Below are positions 36,766 to 46,736 of a DNA stretch of 64,000 bases, piece after piece. The DNA is taken from NCBI GenBank assembly GCA_964426385.1, contig CAYRQF010000001.1, positions 167,939 to 231,938 on the forward strand. Reading direction: 5' to 3'. Positions within the stretch are counted from its first letter, which is position 1. Every line of letters starts with the position of its first letter. The DNA is from an uncultured Candidatus Saccharibacteria bacterium (GTDB taxonomy: Bacteria; Patescibacteriota; Minisyncoccia; Phycocordibacterales; CSBR16-119). Position numbers and translations under genes: made by a program. The notes beneath the pieces were generated by a model. It was given only the letters and a program-made list of their open reading frames with translations. It made no database searches and had not been told where the DNA came from.

Positions 36766-37058
36766 AATCTTTTGCTGACAAATAATGACTCTCGAAGTGC
36801 GCCAATAAGTAGGAAGAGTGCGACAGCACCGATGGTCATGATGCCGTATATGGGAGCTATGCTAAAAAGCTCGAAACTATAAACCGCATCCACGATAAAT
36901 ATAATTATGATTCCTATAAAATAGTTAACATATAGGATATTGGCTACAACAAAAAGGCAGATGGTAAGCCAAAATGGCAAAAACAGCGCTGAAAACGCGA
37001 GAAGTAAAGTTATAGGGATGTAGAGTTTCTGCTTGTCCACCAACCTATTATAGGGCAT
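36762..37058 (-). CDS. Small polytopic membrane protein (possibly MreD-like)
   Basis: 98 aa and very hydrophobic; it overlaps the mrdA start by 4 bp. Calling it MreD-like rests only on position, so confidence is low. Confidence 0.35.
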   Translation of the reverse strand: MPYNRLVDKQKLYIPITLLLAFSALFLPFWLTICLFVVANILYVNYFIGIIIIFIVDAVYSFELFSIAPIYGIMTIGAVALFLLIGALRESLFVSKRL

Positions 37059-37082
37059 AGTGTGGCCGTTAGCAAATACAAA

Positions 37083-37502
37083 CTATTCGCGCCGAAATGC
37101 ACCAAATACGATGTTGATTATACGCCTAATTATACTTATGCCGATTAGTATCGCCGCAGTATAGAATACGAACTGTAGAGAAAATACAAATAGAAGCGCC
37201 GCAAGTCCATATATGTGAAGCATGGTTAGAACTTTCATAGCCGGCTTGGCATCCTTGTTCGCCATACGGCGTTCTTCGGTTTTTTCCATCGATTCCTTGA
37301 AGTCTACAGATTTTTGTTTGCGCCATTTCTCTATACCGTCAGTTATGCTTATGACTTTGGCGTTGATCATCTCGGTAAATGAAGATTTTTCCTGCGAGAC
37401 TTCTTCCTTGTCCTCCTCCTGTGTTTCTGCCTTGTCCTGCGCGAGTAAACTGCCCGGCATAACCAGAACTAGGAGAAAAAAGAATGTCGCCAATCTCTGC
37501 AT
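37083..37502 (-). CDS. Hypothetical secreted/membrane protein
   Basis: 139 aa with a signal peptide (LLVLVMPGSLLAQ) and a C-terminal TM helix. Confidence 0.5.
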   Translation of the reverse strand: MQRLATFFFLLVLVMPGSLLAQDKAETQEEDKEEVSQEKSSFTEMINAKVISITDGIEKWRKQKSVDFKESMEKTEERRMANKDAKPAMKVLTMLHIYGLAALLFVFSLQFVFYTAAILIGISIIRRIINIVFGAFRRE

Positions 37503-37507
37503 GAGAA

Positions 37508-37972
37508 TTATTTTAGAGGGTCGGTCTCGCTAATGTAGTTATCCATCGAGAGAGTGAATGCACCCATAACCCCATTCACTTCCACAGAATAAGTTCCCTT
37601 TGAGAGCCCGACAACACCGTTGAGAGAGATCGTCTTCTCGAAGTTCTCTATGACCTGTATACACATTTCTGCGTCGAGTGGACGCTTGGACTCTAGAGTT
37701 ATAGTGAACTTACTAGCGTCATAGCTCTGTTTAACATCCCCGAGAGTCGTACAGCTGTCTGGAAGATATCCTTTGGCAATGACGTTAACCTGTACTGGGA
37801 AAGATTCTAACTGGACAATATCTATACTCTCGACTTTGGCAGTGCCGATAACGTTATTCTCATCTCCCACGTTTTTCTTGTTCTTGGTTAGGAATACAAC
37901 GGCGAGAATGACTATAATCAGCCCGAGAGCTATATACATAAGTGTCTTGAATGAATTTGAATTATTATCCAT
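37508..37972 (-). CDS. Membrane-anchored hypothetical protein
   Basis: 154 aa with an N-terminal TM anchor (LMYIALGLIIVILAVVFL). Confidence 0.5.
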   Translation of the reverse strand: MDNNSNSFKTLMYIALGLIIVILAVVFLTKNKKNVGDENNVIGTAKVESIDIVQLESFPVQVNVIAKGYLPDSCTTLGDVKQSYDASKFTITLESKRPLDAEMCIQVIENFEKTISLNGVVGLSKGTYSVEVNGVMGAFTLSMDNYISETDPLK

Positions 37973-38050
37973 ATTATTATTTTCTTAAAAGTTAATAACA
38001 ATATTATACACTAAATACTACCGGAGGAAACTCGTTTTGGTATAATTATA

Positions 38051-38746
38051 TTGCCTTACACCATGGAAGAAACAGATTTAATAGCAAATTCACTTGGCGG
38101 CCTTTCTTATGGAGGGCTTTTTATCGTGGCACTGCTATCAAACATCGTCATACCAGTACCCGAAGAGCTAGTGCTTCTAGCAACAGGCTACCTAACAGGG
38201 ATCGGGGTCTTTGACTACAAATCAGTCGTGGTTATATTCATCGCTGGTATGCTCGTCTCCGACTACATCCTGTACTCCCTGTCTTTCCGCGGTAGTCGAC
38301 TAGTCTCGAAACTGCACGACAAACTCGAGAAAAAAGGCCTACTAAAGAATCAGGCCTATATGCGCAGACACATAAAAAAGATTATTTTCTTCTCCAGATT
38401 TCTAGTATACCTACGATTCATCGGACCGGTAGTCGCCGGATCACTCAAGATAAAGAAAAAGACTTTTCTCATATATGACCTCGTGGCACTCATAATATAT
38501 GTAAATATTTTTGCTGGACTAGGTAACTACTTCCACGATCAGATCAAATTCATAACCGAAGGTGTCGCCAAGTTCAAGAATTATATCCTTATCGGCCTTG
38601 CGGTCATCGTGACAATAATCGTACTGCGTTATATCGAGAAAAACTTCCTCAAATGGATGTACGCTATCGGTGAATTTATGCCTACCATCATACCGGGCCT
38701 AGAGATAAACGAACCGCAGAATAAAAAGAAGAGAAGAAAGGACTAA
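38051..38746 (+). CDS. DedA/VTT-domain (SNARE-associated) family membrane protein
   Basis: 231 aa; the ...PEELVLLATGYL... pattern and topology are typical of DedA. Confidence 0.75.
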   Translation: MPYTMEETDLIANSLGGLSYGGLFIVALLSNIVIPVPEELVLLATGYLTGIGVFDYKSVVVIFIAGMLVSDYILYSLSFRGSRLVSKLHDKLEKKGLLKNQAYMRRHIKKIIFFSRFLVYLRFIGPVVAGSLKIKKKTFLIYDLVALIIYVNIFAGLGNYFHDQIKFITEGVAKFKNYILIGLAVIVTIIVLRYIEKNFLKWMYAIGEFMPTIIPGLEINEPQNKKKRRKD

Positions 38747-39450
38747 AGTAAGTTATTCAACCCCTCGTAGTTAATAAATCTGAGAATATCATAGGCCCAT
38801 ACTGATATAAGGCTAAAATTGTCTGTGAACAGTAGTACTCCTACGAATATAAGTATCGCCCCGGCGAGGATATTAAATATACGATAAGATCGAATCCGGA
38901 CTTCCCTATGCGACCTCTGTACTAGATATGCGACGACGAGAAACGGTAATATAAACCCGAGCGCGAAGAATAAGAATAGCCAAAGTGCCTGAAACACGCT
39001 GAATGCAAAAGTTGCATAGAAAAATATCCCGGCCAGAACCGGTCCAACACATGGGGACCAGCCAGCTGCGAATGAGACGCCGAATATAAATGGTGAGAAT
39101 CTAGTCTTCTGCAGGCGGTGGAAATAATCTGTGACTCTCGAACCGTTAAAAAGTGATAGTTTAAAAATCCCGAGAATATATAGGCCGAAGAATATGATAA
39201 ATAGCGCACCAAGCTTCTGAAGGAATATCTTATAAGGCGCGAGAACGTGTCCGAGAAGTCCAGCGAGTATCCCGAACACGAGAAAAGTAAGGAGGAACCC
39301 GAGGCAAAACATCAGAGCCCTTCTGACGGCTTTCTCCTTCTCGTTCGCAGAAATATAGGCAATAAACCCCGGCACGAGTGGTAGAGTGCATGGCGCCAAG
39401 AACATCAGCACGCCAGCAACGAAAGCTGTGATTATATTTACGTGTTCCAT
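38743..39450 (-). CDS. ccdA: Cytochrome c-type biogenesis / thiol-disulfide transporter CcdA (DsbD transmembrane-domain family)
   Basis: 235 aa and polytopic, with the conserved Cys pair in LAPCTLP and GWSPCVGP. Confidence 0.8.
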   Translation of the reverse strand: MEHVNIITAFVAGVLMFLAPCTLPLVPGFIAYISANEKEKAVRRALMFCLGFLLTFLVFGILAGLLGHVLAPYKIFLQKLGALFIIFFGLYILGIFKLSLFNGSRVTDYFHRLQKTRFSPFIFGVSFAAGWSPCVGPVLAGIFFYATFAFSVFQALWLFLFFALGFILPFLVVAYLVQRSHREVRIRSYRIFNILAGAILIFVGVLLFTDNFSLISVWAYDILRFINYEGLNNLL

Positions 39451-39522
39451 GAAAGGAATTATACAGGATTTAAGAATTAACCCTCCTACGCTTTAGCTAC
39501 GGACGGGCAAGGATTTAGGATT

Positions 39523-39562
39523 TATGAAAAAGAACAGCCCCATCCATCGGACAGGGCTGTTC
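39523..39562 (-). terminator. Rho-independent terminator downstream of the gene at 39615-40397
   Basis: On the minus strand, GAACAGCCC...GGGCTGTTC (9-bp stem) followed by TTTTTCAT. Confidence 0.6.
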
Positions 39563-39614
39563 GTGCGTTCAAGGATCACTGCTTTGCTTATCAGGATTTG
39601 GTGCAAACAAGCGC

Positions 39615-40397
39615 TCATGCTCTCATTGACCAAACCTCTCTCCCTACTCGGGTAGGACTTGAGTCGTCGTTTTCACGATACAAACTAACGCACAGTCCGC
39701 CTTTCTCCCCAGCAATTGGAGCGATACCTGCCCACCGCCTATCAAACTGGGACCCGAAATGTGTGCCACTGATAGTTGGCTCCGTAAACAGCTGCTTGCC
39801 TGGATTGTGAAGGGTGTACATGACAGCTGATTGTAACAATACCCCGATATGAGGCGCGTTCTCCCTCAGACCCTGGGATGGAGTAGCATCTAGGACATCG
39901 ACCCTCCTGATCAAATGCCAATCACCACTACTACCGATAGTGGCGCCTCTCGACAGATTTTTGTCGATCTGGATCTCTCCCTGGTAATACTTACCTACCT
40001 TGAAGCGGTGGCCAACTTTGACCAAGATGTGGGTGTCTTTCACATCTTCAAGTATCCGGCGTGAAAAAGGAACCATTCCGTCATCAGGTAAGAACAATCG
40101 ATCGTTCTCTTCCTTCATGATCTTCCAATATTGTTCAGGCCCGATGAAGTTCTCTGTCCCGATAGCATATTCTGCTTCGAGGTAGGGAGTATAAAGGTTT
40201 CTGCCGCCATTTTTCACGAAAGCGATCGTTCGATAGAACAATCCCTCGTCGTGAGCCAAGGACGCAAAGAATTCCTTATCAAGCCCCACTTTCCGACCGG
40301 TAACAGCCGCCTCGTGCATAACACCGAGGTCTTTCCCGAAACCTTCGTCTTTTGACGCACCATGTTTAGACATGACACACCGGTATTTGATGTTCAA
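39615..40397 (-). CDS. Hypothetical protein, GC-rich, unknown fold
   Basis: 260-aa ORF with a clean downstream terminator and upstream palindromes; no motif I can place. Confidence 0.5.
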   Translation of the reverse strand: MNIKYRCVMSKHGASKDEGFGKDLGVMHEAAVTGRKVGLDKEFFASLAHDEGLFYRTIAFVKNGGRNLYTPYLEAEYAIGTENFIGPEQYWKIMKEENDRLFLPDDGMVPFSRRILEDVKDTHILVKVGHRFKVGKYYQGEIQIDKNLSRGATIGSSGDWHLIRRVDVLDATPSQGLRENAPHIGVLLQSAVMYTLHNPGKQLFTEPTISGTHFGSQFDRRWAGIAPIAGEKGGLCVSLYRENDDSSPTRVGREVWSMRA

Positions 40398-40549
40398 AAA
40401 CGTTCGAACGGACGGACTTGCCTCTTCTTGAGACGAGCCGGTCGTTGCCGAAATTCAGCAAAAACAGGCTCGTCTCAAAATGATCCTTGAATTTTAAGGA
40501 GCTAAATTACGTCGTGATTCTAAAGGAGAAATACGTATCTGTCAATGAC

Positions 40550-41230
40550 TTATTTTAGCTTTTCTTCAGAGACAATTTTCCCATCAGCAAGATGAATTAT
40601 GCGATCGCAATATAGGGTGTACTCTTTCTCGTGAGTGACCATGACGATAGTCTGACCCTTTTTGTTGATATCTCGGAGGACTTCGATAATGTGTTCACCA
40701 GAAGCAGAGTCGAGGTTCGCCGTAGGTTCATCGGCAAAAAGTATCTGAGGATCCTCACATATGGCACGAGCGATAGAGACTCTCTGTTGTTCCCCGCCGG
40801 ATAGCTGACTCGGTCTATTGTTTTCCTTGTCACCCAAGCCGACGTTCTCTAGGGCGCCCTGCGCCTTCTTTTTCGCCTCACTCTGACTCATACCCTTCAT
40901 CAGTAGCGGAACCATGATATTCTCTCCCGCAGTAAGTTCTGGCACCAGGGCATAGTCTTGGAAAACATAGCCTAGCTTGTCGAGGCGAAACTTTGTCTTG
41001 GCCTTGTTAGACAGCTTGAGGACATCTACGCCTTCGACGAATATCTCGCCTGTCGTCGGCTCATCGAGTAGACTCATCTGATACATGAGAGTCGATTTAC
41101 CAGCGCCGGACTTACCCATGATCGCGACGAACTCGCCGGCGCGGACGGACATATCGATACCCTTCAAAACCCGGGTTTCAAGTTTACCGTTCGTGAAAGT
41201 TTTTGTTAGATTTTTTATTTCTATAATCAT
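40550..41230 (-). CDS. ABC transporter ATP-binding protein (MacB/LolD/FtsE-like)
   Basis: 226 aa with Walker A (GKSGAGKST), the ABC signature (LSGGEQQR) and Walker B (ILFADEPT). Confidence 0.95.
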   Translation of the reverse strand: MIIEIKNLTKTFTNGKLETRVLKGIDMSVRAGEFVAIMGKSGAGKSTLMYQMSLLDEPTTGEIFVEGVDVLKLSNKAKTKFRLDKLGYVFQDYALVPELTAGENIMVPLLMKGMSQSEAKKKAQGALENVGLGDKENNRPSQLSGGEQQRVSIARAICEDPQILFADEPTANLDSASGEHIIEVLRDINKKGQTIVMVTHEKEYTLYCDRIIHLADGKIVSEEKLK

Positions 41231-41238
41231 TTACCCGC

Positions 41239-41493
41239 CTAAATTTTTAGGTAATTACTTAATATTTTATCTAGATGATTACGACCCCATCCAGTTTTTA
41301 ACCATTGCTCTCTCTGAAACGCATCTTCTTTATTTAAAAAAGCTTCGTAATATATGAGAGTGAGGGGTGTTCGATTTTTAGTAGATTCTATTTTTCCACT
41401 ATTATGTAAAAGGATGCGCTTTTTTAAATCATTCGTACATCCTGTGTAGAATTTTGTATCTCTTTTACTTTTTAGAACGTATACATAATACAT
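41239..41493 (-). CDS. GIY-YIG nuclease domain protein (UPF0213-like)
   Basis: 84 aa; MYYVYVLKSKRDTKFYTGCTNDLKKRILLHNSG... is a GIY-YIG motif. It lies between the ABC ATPase and permease genes. Confidence 0.8.
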   Translation of the reverse strand: MYYVYVLKSKRDTKFYTGCTNDLKKRILLHNSGKIESTKNRTPLTLIYYEAFLNKEDAFQREQWLKTGWGRNHLDKILSNYLKI

Positions 41494-41513
41494 AAAAATT
41501 TTGGCGGGTTAAT

Positions 41514-42761
41514 TTATCTTCCGAGGATAGAATCCAAAGTATTTTTCCTGATAATCATCGACGCTGGGATATATCCGGCGATCACTGTAACGACGAGTAG
41601 AAGCACGAACTTGAACATCACGTCGTTTATCGGCGCGACGAGGATACCATCAGAGAACGGGAAATCTATCGGGTGAGCGTTGAACGCCGGGACCATGACG
41701 GCGTATAGAATAACGAGCCCGAGCACCGCCCCAGAAAGAGCGTAGAAAATAGACTGGAAAATATACGCCCATTTTATCGAACGCGCTTCGATACCTATAG
41801 CCTTCATGATGCCGATATATTTACGCCTGGTGACGGCGTTAATGAAGATGATGATGAATATCGTAATCGAAGCCACGATGATACCAATCATACCGATGAT
41901 GTTACCGAGAAGCCCGAAAGCGAGCTTGATATCGTTTAGAAACTGTGGGATGGCTTCGTTGGCGGTCTGGACCTTGGCTGTCTCAGCGAACCCGCTTCTC
42001 ATCAGGATATCTTTCAGTCCCTCTTCAGACACACCTTCATTGCCAAGTATTGCAACCTCATTGATGTTTAGATTTGTTCGATCGAAGAATCTGACGAATT
42101 CGGCCTCTGTCATAAATATCCGGAAAGATGTCTGATCGACTTTACTATCGACTATTCCCTTCACTGTATATTCCTTGGTCTTTTCACCCGACGTTAAACG
42201 GATCCTTGTGCCAGGGAAAATATCGTCGAGTGTGTCGAAACCTTCGCCGAAGTCAGATATGTATCTCTGGATCATGTTCGCACCAACTAGGACATATGCA
42301 TCGTCGCCAGGCAATAGATACTCGCCTTCGGCAACATATGTAGCGAGACTGGCCACTCTGTCCTCTGCAACGGGATCCATACCGACTATCTGTGCTCCGA
42401 TACTGTCTCGGAGGGCATCAGGGTCGCGCCTAGTTCGATAATTCGCCTCTATAGTAGCTGAGTCGAGATATCTAGCTGTATAACCTCTCACTTCGGGGGT
42501 GTTGTCTAGGGTCTGTAAGATATAGTTACTGTTATCTATCCACGACTCACCTTTGGGTGTTGTTAGTAGAACATTGCCACTATACTGCTCGCGGTTTGCT
42601 TTGACCGAGCCCTCGATGAGACCGACAAGGATACCAGAGACGCCGACGAGGTTTAGGAAAGTCAGCATCATAATAAATATGATGAGTGATGTCGTCCAGA
42701 TATTCGCCCGCTTGATCTGGCGCAACCCTATGAACCATCCGACTCTGAGCGCTTTAAACAT
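41514..42761 (-). CDS. ABC transporter permease (FtsX/MacB-type)
   Basis: 415 aa with an N-terminal TM helix, a large periplasmic domain and a C-terminal FtsX-like 3-TM bundle. Confidence 0.85.
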   Translation of the reverse strand: MFKALRVGWFIGLRQIKRANIWTTSLIIFIMMLTFLNLVGVSGILVGLIEGSVKANREQYSGNVLLTTPKGESWIDNSNYILQTLDNTPEVRGYTARYLDSATIEANYRTRRDPDALRDSIGAQIVGMDPVAEDRVASLATYVAEGEYLLPGDDAYVLVGANMIQRYISDFGEGFDTLDDIFPGTRIRLTSGEKTKEYTVKGIVDSKVDQTSFRIFMTEAEFVRFFDRTNLNINEVAILGNEGVSEEGLKDILMRSGFAETAKVQTANEAIPQFLNDIKLAFGLLGNIIGMIGIIVASITIFIIIFINAVTRRKYIGIMKAIGIEARSIKWAYIFQSIFYALSGAVLGLVILYAVMVPAFNAHPIDFPFSDGILVAPINDVMFKFVLLLVVTVIAGYIPASMIIRKNTLDSILGR

Positions 42762-42762
42762 A

Positions 42763-44148
42763 TTATTGGGTTACGATAGTTGTAACTATAGTCTCGCCTT
42801 CAGACAGACCCTCGAGCACTTCGACGTCACCACCACTACCACGGAGTCCAAATACCGGATACACTTTTTCGGTTTCTCCTTCGGCATTTCGAGTATTAAC
42901 AAATTCACCTCCGTCGTCAGATTCGATAAAGCTCTGTGGTATGGTCAGCACACCGACACGTGTCTCCTTGGTAATGAGAACATTGGCTGTCATACCAGAA
43001 CGGATACGCTCGTCGATAGCGTCGAACAAAACTTTCGCACGATATACAGACACACCATCGACTTTCGTCTCTGCAGGATCAAGTGACATAAGCGTTCCCA
43101 CGAATACAACATTCGGACCATAAGCGTCGAGGGTGATTTGTGTCTTTAGCCCGGGTGCGAGACTCTGTAGATCAACCTCAGGTATCTCGACGACTACTTC
43201 ATATGCGCCTTCTGAGATAACACCAGTTATCACCTTGCCTGCTTCGGCTATCTCACCACGCTTGATATTTATCTTTGAAACTATGCCATTGAATGGTGCT
43301 CGGAGAGTTCGTGCATTTATATCAGCAACAATTTTCGCTACGCGCGCCTCTGCCTGCTTGATACGTGCGTCTGATATCTCCTGTGCAACGTTTGATGACT
43401 CAGCTGCATCTCGACTTGCCAGAGCACTCTCGTAGGCATTCAGATTCTCGACATACGAAGCACCCTGCTTATTCGGGATAGAGACACGCCAAACATCACC
43501 TATTGACGCATCGTCCTCGGAGAATTTTATGTATAGGCCTCTGGTTCCAAGTGGTACGGCTTTGTAAAAAACAATCTCGCTTTCTCCCGACTCTATGCCA
43601 CTATAACGAAATGATCGACGTGAAGCACTGTTAGATAACTCAACACTTATCTTGTACTCTCCTTCAACTTCAGCAGAATAACTACCAGATATTTCAGGGG
43701 CATTGTTAACGATATCCAAGTTTTTTGAGTATGCGATAAGATCATCAGACAGTAGTCGTGCACGTGCATTAACGACATCTCTTTCAAGTTCGGCATTGGA
43801 AACACGAGACTCGGCCCGCTCTAATGCCAAATTCGCCTCAGCTTCCCGGAGGTCAGCACGAAGTGATGAATTATCGAGCTCAATTATCTTGTCACCCGTT
43901 CGCACCATGTCTCCGGCCTTTTTGTAGACACCCTCTACCATCCCTCCTGTTATGAACGCCATCTCGGCACCCTCAACAGGTTTAGCCTCGCCGGCGAGCA
44001 GTAGGTCGTTAGAGATATCCTGACGTGTAACTGTATATGTGCGCAGATTCTCGTCATCGCTACCTCCCCCGATCAACACAACCAGAGCGATAATGATTAC
44101 TGCCCCGATGAGTAATTTCTTCCAATTTGTTTTAAAGTAATTTTTCAT
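42763..44148 (-). CDS. Efflux periplasmic adaptor (HlyD/MacA family)
   Basis: The start is placed at the internal Met (MKNYFKTNWKKLLIGAVIII...). The protein has coiled-coil/lipoyl-like segments and barrel-sandwich hybrid architecture. The track ORF extends to 44343. Confidence 0.8.
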   Translation of the reverse strand: MKNYFKTNWKKLLIGAVIIIALVVLIGGGSDDENLRTYTVTRQDISNDLLLAGEAKPVEGAEMAFITGGMVEGVYKKAGDMVRTGDKIIELDNSSLRADLREAEANLALERAESRVSNAELERDVVNARARLLSDDLIAYSKNLDIVNNAPEISGSYSAEVEGEYKISVELSNSASRRSFRYSGIESGESEIVFYKAVPLGTRGLYIKFSEDDASIGDVWRVSIPNKQGASYVENLNAYESALASRDAAESSNVAQEISDARIKQAEARVAKIVADINARTLRAPFNGIVSKINIKRGEIAEAGKVITGVISEGAYEVVVEIPEVDLQSLAPGLKTQITLDAYGPNVVFVGTLMSLDPAETKVDGVSVYRAKVLFDAIDERIRSGMTANVLITKETRVGVLTIPQSFIESDDGGEFVNTRNAEGETEKVYPVFGLRGSGGDVEVLEGLSEGETIVTTIVTQ

Positions 44149-44221
44149 ATTATTTATTTGATACCCGATATTAACATAACGACACTGTTTTGGGAAATTG
44201 ACAAACTGCATCAATAAATAG

Positions 44222-44255
44222 AAAAGCGCCCTATCTTTAGGGTGCTTTTCTATAC
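44222..44255 (-). terminator. Rho-independent terminator downstream of the gene at 44267-44818
   Basis: GAAAAGCGCCCTA TCTT TAGGGTGCTTTTC is a 12-bp stem with one G-U pair, and it has T-rich flanks. Confidence 0.55.
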
Positions 44256-44266
44256 TAAAGTTATGA

Positions 44267-44818
44267 CTATGAAGCCGAAACCTCAGTAAACGTAGTTCCT
44301 TCTGGTAGATTGAACACTGTGCCGTCTCGTGTCCAAAGATCACACTCGTAGTCGAGCTCCTGGTTCGTATCGAATCCCTGGGAAGATCCTTCGGCCGTCG
44401 CCGTCGAATCGATTTTCATCTTCATTCCACCTGGCATAAGAGGTGACCATGTGTACATGAACTCACCATCAGAAATCATGTGACTCTCGATAGTTGTGTT
44501 AGCTACAGCAACGACTGAACTGAAGTCCCCTCTCATCTCGTTACCGCTGATATATACAGTTCCAGTCGATGTTCCAACCTCAGTGTCTTGCTTGAAAGTG
44601 CATTTGTAGTTACCACCACGAGCAATCAAAGCCTTCATCGAACCTTTGAATTCTGCCATATCTGTCTCTTCAACAGCCGGAGCTGTCTCTACTGCTCCCT
44701 CGGATACTTCTGTGGTCTCCCCCATCTCCTCTTCTGGAGAGTTGCTAGCGCCTTTTATAAGGAGCACCGCCGCCGTAGCGAGGATGAGCCCTAGGAGTAT
44801 TTTTCCAAATATTGTCAT
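44267..44818 (-). CDS. Hypothetical secreted/membrane-anchored protein
   Basis: The start is placed at MTIFGKILLGLILATAAVLL (signal anchor); the track ORF extends to 44890. There is an acidic linker followed by a beta-rich domain. Confidence 0.55.
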   Translation of the reverse strand: MTIFGKILLGLILATAAVLLIKGASNSPEEEMGETTEVSEGAVETAPAVEETDMAEFKGSMKALIARGGNYKCTFKQDTEVGTSTGTVYISGNEMRGDFSSVVAVANTTIESHMISDGEFMYTWSPLMPGGMKMKIDSTATAEGSSQGFDTNQELDYECDLWTRDGTVFNLPEGTTFTEVSAS

Positions 44819-44959
44819 ATTTTCTAATGAAGAGCATTTGCGAGCTTGCTCGTATAATCTCTGAATGACGAAAATATACGAGACGAGCAAAGCGAGGGCT
44901 CTTATATCTAAAGTATTACCTAATAATCAACCATAGAAAATTATACTAAAAACTGTCCC

Positions 44960-45475
44960 CTATGATAAGCCCGTCCAGACTTTCAATAAATGACCGACAA
45001 AGTAAGCGATGGAAGCTGCGATACCACCGATGATCACTGTTTCAACAGAGGACTTGGTTCGGCTATTGCCTGTGACGGTGCCTCGTATGATCCCGATAAT
45101 CACAAATGCCACCATAGTGAATATTATAGACAGTGTGAACTCATTGAACTCTGCATTTCTCCATATAGATTTGACGATAAAAGGCATGAGCGGTACAAGT
45201 CCCACCAAAACAAATGAGCCGAATGTGACAACCGCTGTTTTTATCGAGGACTTATCACCTCCATTACCCATGTCTTTATCGGACTTCGATGATAGATAGT
45301 TAGAACTGGCCATCGAGAAACCATCCGCGAGGACATTGGATACGCCAAGTATCAGGATGATGAACGGTTCGAGACCGGCACCCATTACGCCAGATATGAT
45401 CGCAAAAGTCGTTATGGCGCCATCAGTGGCGCCATAAACGAACTCAGCTAGGTATTTACGAGTGTTTCCCCTCAT
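44960..45475 (-). CDS. VIT1/CCC1 family (DUF125) iron/manganese transporter-like protein
   Basis: 171 aa; the FVYGATDGAITTFAIISG motif is typical of VIT1. Confidence 0.8.
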   Translation of the reverse strand: MRGNTRKYLAEFVYGATDGAITTFAIISGVMGAGLEPFIILILGVSNVLADGFSMASSNYLSSKSDKDMGNGGDKSSIKTAVVTFGSFVLVGLVPLMPFIVKSIWRNAEFNEFTLSIIFTMVAFVIIGIIRGTVTGNSRTKSSVETVIIGGIAASIAYFVGHLLKVWTGLS

Positions 45476-45477
45476 GA

Positions 45478-45945
45478 CTACTTGAAGTTGATAGTCATCT
45501 CAGCGGCATCGTCGAACTGTGATTCACCCGACGGATTGTCTTTTTGGAATATCAGTGTTCCTCTCTCTCCATATGCGGGCTTCACGAACTCTAGAGTTCC
45601 AGTGAAAGGCACGTAGTCTGTCGTCATCCACTCACCATCTGCCATGACGTAACCCTGCTTGATGATAAGTCCATCCCAATCCGTCAACACGAGTCCAGCA
45701 TTCGCCTCGAAGAACCAGTTTCCTGGGGCACGGCCTTTGACTGTGAGCGGACTTTCTATAGCTTCGCCATCTTTTGGCATAGTTATAAAGATTTCTACAC
45801 CCTTGGTACTGGTGAGCTTGAGCTCAGCAGGCTGTTCTACCTCGGGATTCTCTACCACAGGCTCTGTTGTCGGCTTCGGGTTCAGTTTTGTTATGACGAC
45901 AAACACGAGAACTGCTCCGATGATTACGATGATTACATTTTTCAT
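45478..45945 (-). CDS. Gmad2 immunoglobulin-like domain protein
   Basis: The start is placed at MKNVIIVIIGAVLV (signal anchor). The C-terminus (GNWFFEANAGLVLTDWDGLIIKQGYVMADGEWMTTDYVPFTGTLEF...KDNPSG) fits the Gmad2 pattern. Confidence 0.7.
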   Translation of the reverse strand: MKNVIIVIIGAVLVFVVITKLNPKPTTEPVVENPEVEQPAELKLTSTKGVEIFITMPKDGEAIESPLTVKGRAPGNWFFEANAGLVLTDWDGLIIKQGYVMADGEWMTTDYVPFTGTLEFVKPAYGERGTLIFQKDNPSGESQFDDAAEMTINFK

Positions 45946-45982
45946 AAGTTGAAACTGCATCCCATTAGAAATTATTAATAAA

Positions 45983-46726
45983 TTACTTGATAATAAATGT
46001 CGCTCGGACTGTAACCATGACGTCCTTGTCGATAGTCGAAGTATCGTATGTTCCGTAGTCAGAGATGTCGATGGAGTTCGGTGGTAGGACCTGGACAACG
46101 CCAGATGTAGCAGTCTTGAGCTTGCCAACGTTTCCACCGGAAGCTTTGGCGATCTCACGAGCTCTATCCTTGGCGTCCACTATCGCATCACCTAGGAGTG
46201 CTACTCGAGCATCAGCAAGCCCTGAATAGTAGTACTGCGCTCCGTATGTCTGGAACAGGACCCCCTCACCAGCAACATCATCGACGAGGTTTGAGATGTT
46301 GGTGATCTTCGTCACATCAGGCGAGTTCACGGTAACTGTCGCGCGTAATTCATAGCGTTTCGGCAAATTCTGTCCATTGTCGTTATAGCTATAGTCCTGA
46401 TTCAGGTTTACAGGAGAGATAGTTATCTCCTCCTCTGTAGCGCCGTTCTTGATAAGAAAAGCTTTTACTTTCTCAGTATCGCGATCTATTTTCTTGTAAC
46501 CGGTCGCGAGATCGAACTCGTTAGCGTATGCGAGGACTGAACCAGAAAGCTTTCCTGAGTCAGAAACGACACTCATCTTGGCAGATCCGGTTGTAGTCAG
46601 AACATTACCACTCGAACGGAGTGATGATAGAAAAAACCCGGCGATAACCGCAACCACTATTAGAGCGAGTCCAAGTACTGCGGCTGCTGTTGCGTTCTGC
46701 TTTTCTAATATTTGTTTTATTTGCAT
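45983..46726 (-). CDS. SIMPL (DUF541) domain protein
   Basis: 247 aa with an N-terminal TM helix; ...YELRATVTVNSPD... and the C-terminal ...VMVTVRATFIIK fit the SIMPL family. Confidence 0.75.
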   Translation of the reverse strand: MQIKQILEKQNATAAAVLGLALIVVAVIAGFFLSSLRSSGNVLTTTGSAKMSVVSDSGKLSGSVLAYANEFDLATGYKKIDRDTEKVKAFLIKNGATEEEITISPVNLNQDYSYNDNGQNLPKRYELRATVTVNSPDVTKITNISNLVDDVAGEGVLFQTYGAQYYYSGLADARVALLGDAIVDAKDRAREIAKASGGNVGKLKTATSGVVQVLPPNSIDISDYGTYDTSTIDKDVMVTVRATFIIK

Positions 46727-46736
46727 TTGTTTTTTA

